A stretch of 64,000 nt of DNA. Source: a virus. The notes under the pieces were generated by a model that saw only the letters and a program-made list of their open reading frames with translations, ran no database searches and had not been told where the DNA came from. The DNA lies in the IMG/VR virus record IMGVR_UViG_3300028025_000091, positions 64,001 through 128,000 of that record; one strand, written 5' to 3'. The first letter of the stretch is position 1; every line of letters starts with the position of its first letter. This document shows positions 29,667-39,123 of the stretch, piece after piece. The translations under genes and the position numbers were made by a program.

Positions 29667-31571
29667 ATGAAAAACCTTTTATTGTCCTTGTTACTTTTAA
29701 TAGTAACATTTAATGTATTTTCACAGGCACCGAATGCACCAGGAAATGGTATCTATGCCCTAATCCACCCAACTTATCAAGTTGGTCCTACTGCTACTGG
29801 TTTCACAACAGCTAATGTAACGTTGCAAAATACTACATTAACGAAATTTACAGCAACTCAATTTCGTGTGTTTTACGACAAAATTGCATTTACAAATGCT
29901 ACAGTTGCTTTAATTGGTTCTACAACTAACTTAGATATGCAATATGTAGTTAATGCTGCTAACGGTTACATTACTATTACGCTTGTATACACAGGTGCTT
30001 CTTCAACTTATACTTTAGCTGGTGGAGAAAGATTTGCAATTACATTCACACATGCTGCTCCTGCTGTATTTAACAATTTAGCTTCAATTACCAACTTAAC
30101 TTGGACAGGTGCTGCAACATTTTCACAATATGCTGCTAAACAAAATGGTATTGATACTACTTTGACATTGTACAATTATGGTGGTGTATTTACGTTACCT
30201 ACATTTACATTTGCTGGTACATTTACAAATACAACAGGTACTCCTGCTAAAAACTTACCATTAGCTTTACAAACTCGCCCTGCAGGTGGTTCCACTTGGA
30301 CACAACACTCAGCTTACTCAACTGATTTAACTGGTAACTTTACATTCACCGTTAACTTAGATACAACTTATTGGGATGTACGTTTAGCAATCCAAGGCGA
30401 TACAATGGGTATTGGAAATGCCATTTCAGCAACTGATGCACAATTGATTAATCAGTGGGTATTAGGAAACAGCACAATGTCTGGATTTGATTATTACACA
30501 GCAGATGTGAATGGCTCAAATAACGTAACAATCTCAGATGCTTATGGTGTATTTGCTAAAGTATCAGGTAACTTTACAATGTGGCCAAATAACGTTAAAA
30601 ACGTTAAATTCTTTACAGCAACCGAGTATACTACAATTAATAACTCGTCTACCAACTACACATCAACTATTGCAGGTGTCACCAACTTTACATACGAAAT
30701 CATAGCTGGACAACCTTCAACAGTAACATATTATGTTTGTGTACCGGGTGATGCGAATGGAACAGGATATCATATGGCTCGCCAAACACCAATTGAAATC
30801 TTGATTGATCCAATCCCTGGAATTCAAAATCAAATCTATAACGTAATCGATAACACAGTAGAATATGATTTTCCAACTGCACAAATTGAAGTAAACGTAC
30901 CTTATTTATCTGTACAAGCAGGAAATTTAGTTAACATTCCTGTAAAAGTGTTTACAAATGGGCAAGAATTGAATTCATTGCAATTTGGATTAAAATACGA
31001 TCCAACAGTACTTGAATTTAAAAATGCTTACTCTACTTCAAACGTAATGAAATGGTTAACATATATCAACCTAAATAACGACGAAGTTAAATGGGGTGGA
31101 TATGATGCAACAAATAATTTGAATCCATTACAAGATGGTGATGAAGTAATGACATTGCAATTTTTAGCTAAACAACCACAAAACGAATGGTTAGAAAGTC
31201 CACTTTATACAACTGATAAATTTGCAGGAGCTATCAATTCAAAAGATCTCGAAATTACACCTACAAACGGAATTTTACAAGTACTTAAATCAATCGGAGG
31301 CAAAGTAATTGACCCAAATACAATTGAAATCCAACCAAACCCAGTAACAGAAGATGTTGCAATTACATTCAACGTAACTTCAACTACAGAAGCTCATTTG
31401 GCGATTTATGATTTGCAAGGTAGAAAAATTATTACAATCCTAGACGGACAATTACCAGCAGGACAATTCACATATGTAAAAGATTTAGGTAAATTAGCTC
31501 AAGGAATGTATGTAGTTAATTTATCATTAGATAACGAAAACCCAATAAACACAAAGTTAATTAAACAATAA
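29667..31571 (+). CDS. Secreted cohesin/dockerin scaffold with T9SS type A C-terminal domain
   Basis: Signal peptide; cohesin-like QF...YD segments (TQFRVFYD, LQFGLKYDPTVLEF); dockerin-like ADVNGSNNVTISDA; CTD IQPNPV...IYDLQGR...L..GMY.V...KLIK. Confidence 0.8.
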   Translation: MKNLLLSLLLLIVTFNVFSQAPNAPGNGIYALIHPTYQVGPTATGFTTANVTLQNTTLTKFTATQFRVFYDKIAFTNATVALIGSTTNLDMQYVVNAANGYITITLVYTGASSTYTLAGGERFAITFTHAAPAVFNNLASITNLTWTGAATFSQYAAKQNGIDTTLTLYNYGGVFTLPTFTFAGTFTNTTGTPAKNLPLALQTRPAGGSTWTQHSAYSTDLTGNFTFTVNLDTTYWDVRLAIQGDTMGIGNAISATDAQLINQWVLGNSTMSGFDYYTADVNGSNNVTISDAYGVFAKVSGNFTMWPNNVKNVKFFTATEYTTINNSSTNYTSTIAGVTNFTYEIIAGQPSTVTYYVCVPGDANGTGYHMARQTPIEILIDPIPGIQNQIYNVIDNTVEYDFPTAQIEVNVPYLSVQAGNLVNIPVKVFTNGQELNSLQFGLKYDPTVLEFKNAYSTSNVMKWLTYINLNNDEVKWGGYDATNNLNPLQDGDEVMTLQFLAKQPQNEWLESPLYTTDKFAGAINSKDLEITPTNGILQVLKSIGGKVIDPNTIEIQPNPVTEDVAITFNVTSTTEAHLAIYDLQGRKIITILDGQLPAGQFTYVKDLGKLAQGMYVVNLSLDNENPINTKLIKQ

Positions 31572-31574
31572 GCT

Positions 31575-31898
31575 ATGTCAGAAACAGAAACAAACGACGG
31601 CACTTGGTCAGGCCTTAAAAAAACGATCGTTGGAACATTGTCAACAGTAATCACTGGAGGTGGTGTATGGTTAGGAACAACTCTTTATGGTGGTGGACAT
31701 AATGAAGAGCCTAAAGAAGAAACCAAAACAGAACAACCAGCAGCTGCTCCGGTAATTGTAAACGTTCAACAAAACCAAGAAAACAAACAAAAAGTTGAAA
31801 ATGGTGGGGGAACAATAATCCACGAACGAGTAATTGAAAAACCAGTAGTTACTCAACCAACTACACCAACACCAAAACCTCAAGAGGAATCATGGTAA
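31575..31898 (+). CDS. Small single-TM membrane protein
   Basis: Hydrophobic IVGTLSTVITGGGVWLG followed by a low-complexity tail. Confidence 0.6.
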   Translation: MSETETNDGTWSGLKKTIVGTLSTVITGGGVWLGTTLYGGGHNEEPKEETKTEQPAAAPVIVNVQQNQENKQKVENGGGTIIHERVIEKPVVTQPTTPTPKPQEESW

Positions 31899-32620
31899 AA
31901 TTTTTATTTATATTATTGACGCTAGGGTTGTTTTCTTGCAAAACAGCCCAAGCTCAAGGTGGTATAGGTACTGTTAAAACAGAACAATATCAAGCGGATT
32001 TTGAAAAAAAACAGTCACTTGATGTTGTATCCGATTATGATGGTTCAATTCAAATTCCCATCCAATTACTTAAAATTGGAATCAATGAGGAATTATATGA
32101 AATGTACCCTGAACTTAAAGACAAACGTGTTGGTTTAGGTGTAACAAACATTGTGATCGAATATCTTGAATATACTAATCGCTTTACGTTTACTGAGGAA
32201 AAAGAAGACATTAAGCAACGTATGATTGCTCAAGATAAAGCATCTGATAAAGGCATTTCATCAAATAAAATAGAGGTAAAAGGAAATGTAGTACTTGCCA
32301 AATATTTCGTTTATATTGAAGTCTATGATTTCAGTGTATCAGAAGACGAGATAGTTAAAGTAAATGGTAAACAAACCACAACACAAACAACACGTTTAGG
32401 ATTGCAGATTAAATTCGTAGATGCTGAAACCGGCCAAATCATTGTAGGTTCTGGTTTAGGCGAAGCAAACACGGTAAAAATGTCTTCTATATTAGAAGAT
32501 ATTACTGATGAAGTAAAATTCAACCAATCCACCATAGGTACTTCAACTAAAAAAGCATTAGAAACCGCATCATCCCGAGTTGTATCACGATTAATTAGTA
32601 AAGGTGTATTCAAGAATTGA
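31892..32620 (+). CDS. CsgG/HfaB-like outer-membrane protein (probable lipoprotein)
   Basis: Lipobox-like LFSC; L..TNRF.F.E; YDFSV; LGLQIKFVDAETGQII..SG.GEA; KKALE.A. Confidence 0.7.
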   Translation: MVKFLFILLTLGLFSCKTAQAQGGIGTVKTEQYQADFEKKQSLDVVSDYDGSIQIPIQLLKIGINEELYEMYPELKDKRVGLGVTNIVIEYLEYTNRFTFTEEKEDIKQRMIAQDKASDKGISSNKIEVKGNVVLAKYFVYIEVYDFSVSEDEIVKVNGKQTTTQTTRLGLQIKFVDAETGQIIVGSGLGEANTVKMSSILEDITDEVKFNQSTIGTSTKKALETASSRVVSRLISKGVFKN

Positions 32621-34113
32621 AAAAATACTTGTTTATATTATTTCTCCTGTGTACATTTAATATAAGCGCACAGACGTATAATTATAGTTATACTGATCCT
32701 TGTACTGGAAATTTAAAAACAATAATAGTTCCAATAAACGGTAATGTTACTGTTTCTTATTACGGTGAATTAGGATCATTTAATGCAAATGATTTTACAA
32801 ACGGAAATTTTGAGTCGTGGGCAAGTGGAATTTTTAACCAATATGGTCAAGATTCTCCATGTTCTCAAATTGTGGGGTTAGGAACTGCGGTTAATGTGAC
32901 ACAAAGTACAACTTTAAATGTTATGGGAATTTTAAATTCCCTATCAACAATAGCAAGTTTAACAGGTGGAGCAACAAATGTTTTAGGAGGAGCAGTTGGA
33001 TCAGTATCCAATTCTTCCGGAGATGGAGAAAGTAATAGTAACAATAACAAAAATAACAATGGAAACAATAATCCCAGTAATAATCCTAGTAACCCTAGTG
33101 GGGGTGGGAGTAGCATCCCTAATCAGCCTAATCAAAACCCACAAACTCAAAGTGGAGGAACACAAGAAGGAACAGGAACAAGCAGTAGCGAAACTAGTTC
33201 AAACCCTGAAGGAAGCGGGAGTACCGGTTCTACCTCATCCCCTGAAGGAGGAGGAAGTGAAGGAACAACCACAAGTGGTGAAAATGGAGGAACCAGTAGC
33301 GACCCAGGTAGTGGAAGCACCAGTAGTACTTCAGGAAACGGTAACGGTGGGCAAACCAGTCCGAACCAAGAAGGCTCGCAAACCACGTCCGAAAAAACAG
33401 AAGGCAAAACAAATATAACTGCCGGAGCTTCAACAACAGCTAAATCAACTCCAACCTCTAAAGAGGGAGGAAAACCAAGTGTAGTCGCGTCAAGCGACTT
33501 TGTTGGTTTTAACTTTAGAAACTCAGATGTTAAGACTGGATTAAAAGCAACAGGTGGTTATACAGCCATGAAATGGGATGGGAAACGTAGTTGGGGCGCA
33601 TTAGCCGATTATACTTCAGCTTTAAAAGGCCCAAACATTACATGCTTTTATGCTTGGATGAGACCAAAATCAGTAATTTTACTTTCAGGCACTGCAACTA
33701 TTGGATTTGAAGGAAATAAATCCTTATATGGCACTCTAGCATTTGGACAAATGTTCAAATTTAAAAAAGCACCTACCCTTAAAGTAGTTTATATGGCCAC
33801 AGCATCATACGGTCAAGTTTATAGAGTATCATTTTTGGGTACAGCAGTAATTGGTGGTGTAATGTATGATGTTAAAGTGGGTAAACGCATAGATATTAAA
33901 TTAATGAATTTGATGGTTTATGCTCCATATGTTTCATATTATAATGATGTTTTATTAAAGTCACCCTATGTAATGCTTCCTAGCATTGGAACAAACATAG
34001 GTATAACCAAGAAATTTAAATTTAACATAAACGCAGGAGGTGCTTGGGATTTAAAAACCGCAGCTCTAAACTATACAGTAACATGTGGTACAAGAATATT
34101 GGTAGGACAATAA
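32617..34113 (+). CDS. Secreted protein with S/G/N-rich linker and probable C-terminal beta-barrel
   Basis: Signal peptide; ~150-aa low-complexity linker; alternating hydrophobic strands over the C-terminal ~210 aa. Confidence 0.6.
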   Translation: MKKYLFILFLLCTFNISAQTYNYSYTDPCTGNLKTIIVPINGNVTVSYYGELGSFNANDFTNGNFESWASGIFNQYGQDSPCSQIVGLGTAVNVTQSTTLNVMGILNSLSTIASLTGGATNVLGGAVGSVSNSSGDGESNSNNNKNNNGNNNPSNNPSNPSGGGSSIPNQPNQNPQTQSGGTQEGTGTSSSETSSNPEGSGSTGSTSSPEGGGSEGTTTSGENGGTSSDPGSGSTSSTSGNGNGGQTSPNQEGSQTTSEKTEGKTNITAGASTTAKSTPTSKEGGKPSVVASSDFVGFNFRNSDVKTGLKATGGYTAMKWDGKRSWGALADYTSALKGPNITCFYAWMRPKSVILLSGTATIGFEGNKSLYGTLAFGQMFKFKKAPTLKVVYMATASYGQVYRVSFLGTAVIGGVMYDVKVGKRIDIKLMNLMVYAPYVSYYNDVLLKSPYVMLPSIGTNIGITKKFKFNINAGGAWDLKTAALNYTVTCGTRILVGQ

Positions 34114-35081
34114 CATTACTCGTATTATTTTCATGTAACTTGTTTTCCCAAACATTTACATATTCCGGTTACATCAGAAATGCTGATGGTACTGGAGCTG
34201 TAAATGTACCTGTTAAATTATACAAACGTACTACTCCGACATTAACTGGCTTTACATCTCAACAAAACTATAACGGACATTCATATTATCGCTCAACTGG
34301 AAATGCTTTTTGGACAGATGCAAGAACTGCTTGTTCAAACATGGGTGGTTATCTAGTAACTGTAACTTCAGCTGCTGAAAATAATTTTATATTCGGCTTA
34401 TGGCCTTCTGGTTGGATTGGTTTAACAGATGAGGTAAACGAAGGTGTGTGGAGATGGGTAACTGGAGAAGCTTACTCATATTCTTCATGGAACCCAGGCG
34501 AACCAAATAATGCGGGTAATGAAGATTATATTCAATTTGTTGGTGGGGGTAAATGGAATGATTTACCTAACAATCAATCATTACCTTATGTTATCGAATT
34601 TGATTATATTGTCACATATACTGCTTGGACAGTACAACAAACCGTTTATACAAATTCTTTAGGATATTATTCATTTTCCCAACCAACAAACCCTTCAGTT
34701 GAATGGTATATACAATTAGATGCTCCTACACCAGTAACATCTCACACTATAACAGATATTAGAGGTGTAACAGATAATATACTAGGCAATACAGTGCGAA
34801 AAAGCATACATTGGATACAATATGATACAAACAACGATGGAAAAATAAGCGTTTCAGATGCAATATATATCAATAGAAAACAAAACTTATTAGCAACATT
34901 CCCCTATACATCTAGAATATTTACTCCAACACAATATACCTCTTTAACAACGGGTACAACTGATTTACGCTCAACTATACCAGGTGTAAGTTCAATTACA
35001 ATTAACACTCCTGTAAGTGGTACCACAACAGGAAATTATTATTTAATCGCTCCTGGGTATAAGGGGCAAGTAACTTATTGA
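34083..35081 (+). CDS. C-type lectin + dockerin-like secreted protein
   Basis: YNGHSYY, W.DA..AC...GGYLV.V.S..EN.FI, WIGLTD, EG.W.W, W..GEPNN..NED, WND; dockerin-like YDTNNDGKISVSDA. Confidence 0.85.
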   Translation: MWYKNIGRTITLLVLFSCNLFSQTFTYSGYIRNADGTGAVNVPVKLYKRTTPTLTGFTSQQNYNGHSYYRSTGNAFWTDARTACSNMGGYLVTVTSAAENNFIFGLWPSGWIGLTDEVNEGVWRWVTGEAYSYSSWNPGEPNNAGNEDYIQFVGGGKWNDLPNNQSLPYVIEFDYIVTYTAWTVQQTVYTNSLGYYSFSQPTNPSVEWYIQLDAPTPVTSHTITDIRGVTDNILGNTVRKSIHWIQYDTNNDGKISVSDAIYINRKQNLLATFPYTSRIFTPTQYTSLTTGTTDLRSTIPGVSSITINTPVSGTTTGNYYLIAPGYKGQVTY

Positions 35082-35082
35082 C

Positions 35083-35532
35083 ATGAAACAGCTATTTTTA
35101 TCGTTATTTTTATTCCCGTTTATGCTAGTTGCACAACAATGTGTTTATGTAGATACAGTGTTTGTAACCGCAAAAGTAAGAGAATTAGGCACACGTGATA
35201 TTCGTTTTGGTATCAAACAAATTGCTGAAGATGCATTATCTGAAAAATATTGTTTGGATGAAACCGGTTTACCTATTAAAATTGAAATATACTATTTTGG
35301 TATTCCAAAAAATACCATTCGAGTGATGGGGGTAGAACGTTCAAACGTAATCACTCAAGTTGGAGTACGTTTACACTACAATAACTGTAAATATGAAGGT
35401 ATAGGCGAATCCGAAACCGAAATTACAGCAGTTTTAATCGAGGTAAAAGAAGGTACAATCCCATTTGAAAAAATGACTGTATCTAATTCCTTAAAAAAAG
35501 CCATAAATGAAGCAGTTAGTAAAATGCCTTAG
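35083..35532 (+). CDS. Secreted protein, distant paralog of the CsgG-like gene
   Basis: Signal peptide; GIGESET...FEK.TVSNSLKKAI matches GLGEANT...FNQSTIGTSTKKAL. Confidence 0.55.
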   Translation: MKQLFLSLFLFPFMLVAQQCVYVDTVFVTAKVRELGTRDIRFGIKQIAEDALSEKYCLDETGLPIKIEIYYFGIPKNTIRVMGVERSNVITQVGVRLHYNNCKYEGIGESETEITAVLIEVKEGTIPFEKMTVSNSLKKAINEAVSKMP

Positions 35533-35959
35533 TATATTCTTCCCACTTATACTTTCAGCTCAAATTAAAATAGATGATGTTGGAGATGGATGGAAAAATA
35601 AAGTTGAACAAGCAATAGAGGTTGTAAAACAATACGATTCGGAAAAGTATACTTTACTTACAGAAAATTGTAACCATATCAGCTATTCTCTTTTACCTTT
35701 TTCTACTACCGAAAGTAAAAATACAATCTTAATTTCTCAAAAAGAAATTTTAAAAGGAAATGTAAACGATATAGCTGCTATTTTAGTTCATGAATCTTTA
35801 CATTTATATTTTTTAAAAAACAACATAATCCTCCCCGAAAATGAGGAAGAAATATTGTGTTACACGTATGAGCTTGAATTGCTTTTTAAAATACCTGATG
35901 TAGAACCGTGGTTAATAGACCATGCAAAAAAACAAATTGAATTTTATACAAACCCTTAA
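35507..35959 (+). CDS. Secreted HEXXH zinc-metallopeptidase-like protein
   Basis: Signal peptide; ILVHESLH followed by EEE..CY. Confidence 0.6.
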   Translation: MKQLVKCLSIFFPLILSAQIKIDDVGDGWKNKVEQAIEVVKQYDSEKYTLLTENCNHISYSLLPFSTTESKNTILISQKEILKGNVNDIAAILVHESLHLYFLKNNIILPENEEEILCYTYELELLFKIPDVEPWLIDHAKKQIEFYTNP

Positions 35960-35982
35960 TATTTATAAACAAAAGAACGCTT

Positions 35983-36231
35983 ATGAAAAAATTTTTTAAT
36001 CAATTGTTTGACGACAATAACTCAATCAACGAAAAAGCAGTAGTTGGTTTTATTGCATTTATTATGCTTTGCATATCATTAGCAGTAGATTTAATTACTG
36101 GAGCATGGGGTAAAGAATTATTAATTAACAAATTCATTTTTGATGGATTTATGGTAATTGTATTAGGGTCATTCGGAATTGCTTCCGTTGACAAGTGGAT
36201 TAACAAGAAAAAAGATAAAGACGAAGAGTAA
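35983..36231 (+). CDS. Holin-like membrane protein
   Basis: Two TM segments and a charged C-terminus; overlaps the endolysin start. Confidence 0.6.
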   Translation: MKKFFNQLFDDNNSINEKAVVGFIAFIMLCISLAVDLITGAWGKELLINKFIFDGFMVIVLGSFGIASVDKWINKKKDKDEE

Positions 36232-36842
36232 TGAGTTTAAAAAGTTTACAAGAAAAGATCGGAGTTACCGCGGATGGTGCTTTTGGTCCCGGAACGTTGA
36301 AAGCCGCAATGGCATTTTACAAACTAACCCCAGTACGTGCAGCACATTTCTTTGCACAAACAGCACATGAAACTGGTGAGTATAAATTGTTTAGTGAAAA
36401 CCTAAACTATTCAGCAGCAGGTTTGCAAGGTACTTTTGGAAAATATTTTCCTGGTACACTAGAAGAATCTTACGCTCGTAACCCTGAAAAAATTGCTAAC
36501 AGAGTTTATGCAGATAGAATGGGTAACGGAAACGAAGCTTCAGGTGACGGATGGAAATACAGAGGTCGTGGTGCATTACAATTAACTGGAAAAGCTAATT
36601 ATAAAGCATTTGCTGATTATTTGAAAAAACCTGAAATTATGGAAACACCTGATTTAGTAGCATCAACATATGCTTTTGAATCAGCAATGTTCTTCTTTGA
36701 CAAAAACAAATTATGGTCAATTTGTGATCAAGGTGTGAATGAAGCAGCTATTTTGGCTTTAACAAAACGCATCAATGGTGGAACAAATGGTTTAGACCAT
36801 AGAAAATTATTAACTAACAAATATTACGGATACGTAAAATAA
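36231..36842 (+). CDS. Endolysin, glycoside hydrolase family 19, with short peptidoglycan-binding N-terminus
   Basis: LQ..IG..ADG.FGPGT; FFAQTAHET, ENLNYS, DGWKYRGRG.LQLTGK.NY, TKRINGG.NGL..R. Confidence 0.92.
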   Translation: MSLKSLQEKIGVTADGAFGPGTLKAAMAFYKLTPVRAAHFFAQTAHETGEYKLFSENLNYSAAGLQGTFGKYFPGTLEESYARNPEKIANRVYADRMGNGNEASGDGWKYRGRGALQLTGKANYKAFADYLKKPEIMETPDLVASTYAFESAMFFFDKNKLWSICDQGVNEAAILALTKRINGGTNGLDHRKLLTNKYYGYVK

Positions 36843-36847
36843 GAATT

Positions 36848-37315
36848 ATGCAATTAAGTGAACATTTAGCATTAGCAGAAGTTACAAAAAGTGACACTGC
36901 AAAACGTAAAGGAATTTCAAACATGCCTACTGAAGCGCATTTAGCAAATTTCAAATTATTGGCAGAAAATATTTTTGAACCAATCAGAGTTCATTTTGGA
37001 GTCCCAATCCATTTATCTTCAGGATACCGCTCAGCTGAATTAAATAAAGCTGTTGGTGGTGCTCTTTCTTCCCAACATTGTAGTGGTGAAGCAATTGATA
37101 TTGATATGGATGGACGTCCTGGTGGAGTTACCAATAAAATGGTGTTTGATTATATCAAAGATAATTTAAATTTTGATCAATTAATTTGGGAATTTGGAAC
37201 ATCTACAGCTCCAGATTGGGTACACGTTTCTTATGAATCAACAGGTAAACAAAGAAAGCAAATCCTTAAAGCAGTTCGCAAAGGTAGTGCTACATCTTAT
37301 GTACCATATAAATAA
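36848..37315 (+). CDS. Peptidase M15A (endolysin-like)
   Basis: SSGYRS..LN.AVGG...SQH..GEA.D, FDQLIWE, WVHVSY. Confidence 0.9.
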   Translation: MQLSEHLALAEVTKSDTAKRKGISNMPTEAHLANFKLLAENIFEPIRVHFGVPIHLSSGYRSAELNKAVGGALSSQHCSGEAIDIDMDGRPGGVTNKMVFDYIKDNLNFDQLIWEFGTSTAPDWVHVSYESTGKQRKQILKAVRKGSATSYVPYK

Positions 37316-37333
37316 ACCATAAATTAAATTAAC

Positions 37334-37498
37334 ATGAAAAAAGAGCAAGTTTTAGGAATTATCCGTCACTCCTTAACATTTATTGGAGGTATCCTTTTAA
37401 TGAAAGGATTGATTGACGAAGCTACTTGGACTGAAATCTCAGGAAGTGCTTTAACATTAGTTGGTACTGTTTGGTCAGTAGTAGATAAAAACAAGTAA
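37334..37498 (+). CDS. Small holin-like protein (not in ORF track)
   Basis: Translated by hand: MKKEQVLGIIRHSLTFIGGILLMKGLIDEATWTEISGSALTLVGTVWSVVDKNK; two TM segments. Confidence 0.7.
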   Translation: MKKEQVLGIIRHSLTFIGGILLMKGLIDEATWTEISGSALTLVGTVWSVVDKNK

Positions 37499-37517
37499 TT
37501 AAATTATTTAAAAATTT

Positions 37518-37544
37518 AGAGCCCCAATTAGGGGCTCTTTTTTT
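37518..37544 (+). terminator. Intrinsic terminator after lysis cassette
   Basis: agagcccc-aatta-ggggctct followed by a T run. Confidence 0.85.
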
Positions 37545-37576
37545 CCTTATATACTTTTCAATATTTATCACCCGAC

Positions 37577-37942
37577 ATGGAGAAGTTTTTAAATAATCAA
37601 CAAATACCCTTAACACAAGTTATAGACCCTAATACAGGTCAGGTATATTATGCTCCCCAAAATGTTGTATATGACGATAAAAATGATTCGGGTCCTACAA
37701 CACTTAAAGATGTAATAGTTGACAGTGCAACTTCTGCTTCATATGCTTTAACAGCTTCATATGCATTAAATGGAGGAAGTGGAGGAAGTGCAGATACTGG
37801 TTCTTTATTAATTACTGCTTCATTTTTAGACCCAAATTTAACATTTGAAAAAGGTGATAAAAGTACATTTAATGTAAATATATCTTCTTTAACAGTTACA
37901 AATGCAGCTACGGCATCATATATAAATGGAGGAACTTTTTAA
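37577..37942 (+). CDS. Small structural protein with ASYA motifs
   Basis: SASYALTASYA, DTGSLL; ends INGGTF. Confidence 0.6.
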   Translation: MEKFLNNQQIPLTQVIDPNTGQVYYAPQNVVYDDKNDSGPTTLKDVIVDSATSASYALTASYALNGGSGGSADTGSLLITASFLDPNLTFEKGDKSTFNVNISSLTVTNAATASYINGGTF

Positions 37943-38292
37943 TGTCAACTAGAATACCTTTTCAATGGAATACTGCCAACTTCAATTGGGATGCAACAAA
38001 CCCAACTGATGGAAAAACATATCCACCAAATGAAATAGTTATTGGAACTAATTTGTGGGATGATTGCGCTTTAATTATAGAAATAATTGAAGCAATGCGA
38101 GGAGGAAAATCTCCTGATGAATACTTTAACCAAAAACCTGAAAAGAAAAAACAATTTATTAAACTTCTTTGCCAAGTTCAGGGAAAAGAATACAAAGAAA
38201 CTAAAGAGGTACATAAGACCAAAATATTTATATCAGACATAAAACTAGTAGCTAAAGAAGTACTAGGAGTAGACGTAAAAATAGACAGATAA
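37942..38292 (+). CDS. Hypothetical protein
   Basis: 116-aa ORF, translationally coupled (TAATG). Confidence 0.6.
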   Translation: MSTRIPFQWNTANFNWDATNPTDGKTYPPNEIVIGTNLWDDCALIIEIIEAMRGGKSPDEYFNQKPEKKKQFIKLLCQVQGKEYKETKEVHKTKIFISDIKLVAKEVLGVDVKIDR

Positions 38293-38837
38293 TGTATACA
38301 TTATACACAGACAAACAGGAATTATTTGAATGTTCCATTTCACTAGAGGGCGCTTCTGTTAAAAACAGCCAAGCTCGTTTAATAGTTGAATCAGATAATT
38401 TAAATCTTTTATTTAAAGGAACCATCGATTCTAGCGGTAAATGTACCGTTCCTATTAAGAAATTAAAAAATCTTTTAGAAGAATCAACAAAAGGTAAAAT
38501 AAGACTTGAAGTTATAGCAGACGATACGTATTTTACACCTTGGGAATCAGATTTCGAGGTAGAAACTGCTAAAAAATTAACCGTAGAAGTGAAATCTCAA
38601 TCAAATAAAACAACAATAGCGGAAGTTAAGACCGGAGTTACTGTAAAAAATATTAAGGTTGGAGATCACGTTGAAAACTTGTCAAAAATGCTTGTAAAAG
38701 AAAATATTAACGTACACAATATTGGTAAACATAGAGCCAAATTGAATAACGTTATAGCTTCTTACTTAAAAACAAACAAAATAAGCGATGGTGAAAAAGG
38801 CAGAATAATCGAAGGAATTATTCAAACACTAATCTAA
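38292..38837 (+). CDS. Hypothetical protein
   Basis: 181-aa ORF, translationally coupled (TAATG). Confidence 0.6.
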   Translation: MYTLYTDKQELFECSISLEGASVKNSQARLIVESDNLNLLFKGTIDSSGKCTVPIKKLKNLLEESTKGKIRLEVIADDTYFTPWESDFEVETAKKLTVEVKSQSNKTTIAEVKTGVTVKNIKVGDHVENLSKMLVKENINVHNIGKHRAKLNNVIASYLKTNKISDGEKGRIIEGIIQTLI

Positions 38838-38845
38838 AATAAGTT

Positions 38846-39109
38846 ATGGCTGGACCTTTTGATTTAACGGGCCAAAATATAGAGACAACATATCAGAGGG
38901 TTCTACAAACTGATGGAGTTAACATATATGATGGTACAGGATCACTTTTTGTGGTCTCGGGGTCTGGAGGCAACATCAATACCAGTTCATTTGCAACTAC
39001 GGGTTCAAACATTTTTATAGGAAACCAAACAGTAACAGGAAGCATTTCGGTAACAAATTCCGTGACTGCTTCCTACTTTGTTGGTACAATCGATGGAGGT
39101 ACATTTTAA
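38846..39109 (+). CDS. Small fibre-associated protein
   Basis: FATTGSN.F.GNQ..TGS fibre-like repeat; ends IDGGTF. Confidence 0.6.
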   Translation: MAGPFDLTGQNIETTYQRVLQTDGVNIYDGTGSLFVVSGSGGNINTSSFATTGSNIFIGNQTVTGSISVTNSVTASYFVGTIDGGTF

Positions 39110-39123
39110 AATATTTATAATTA

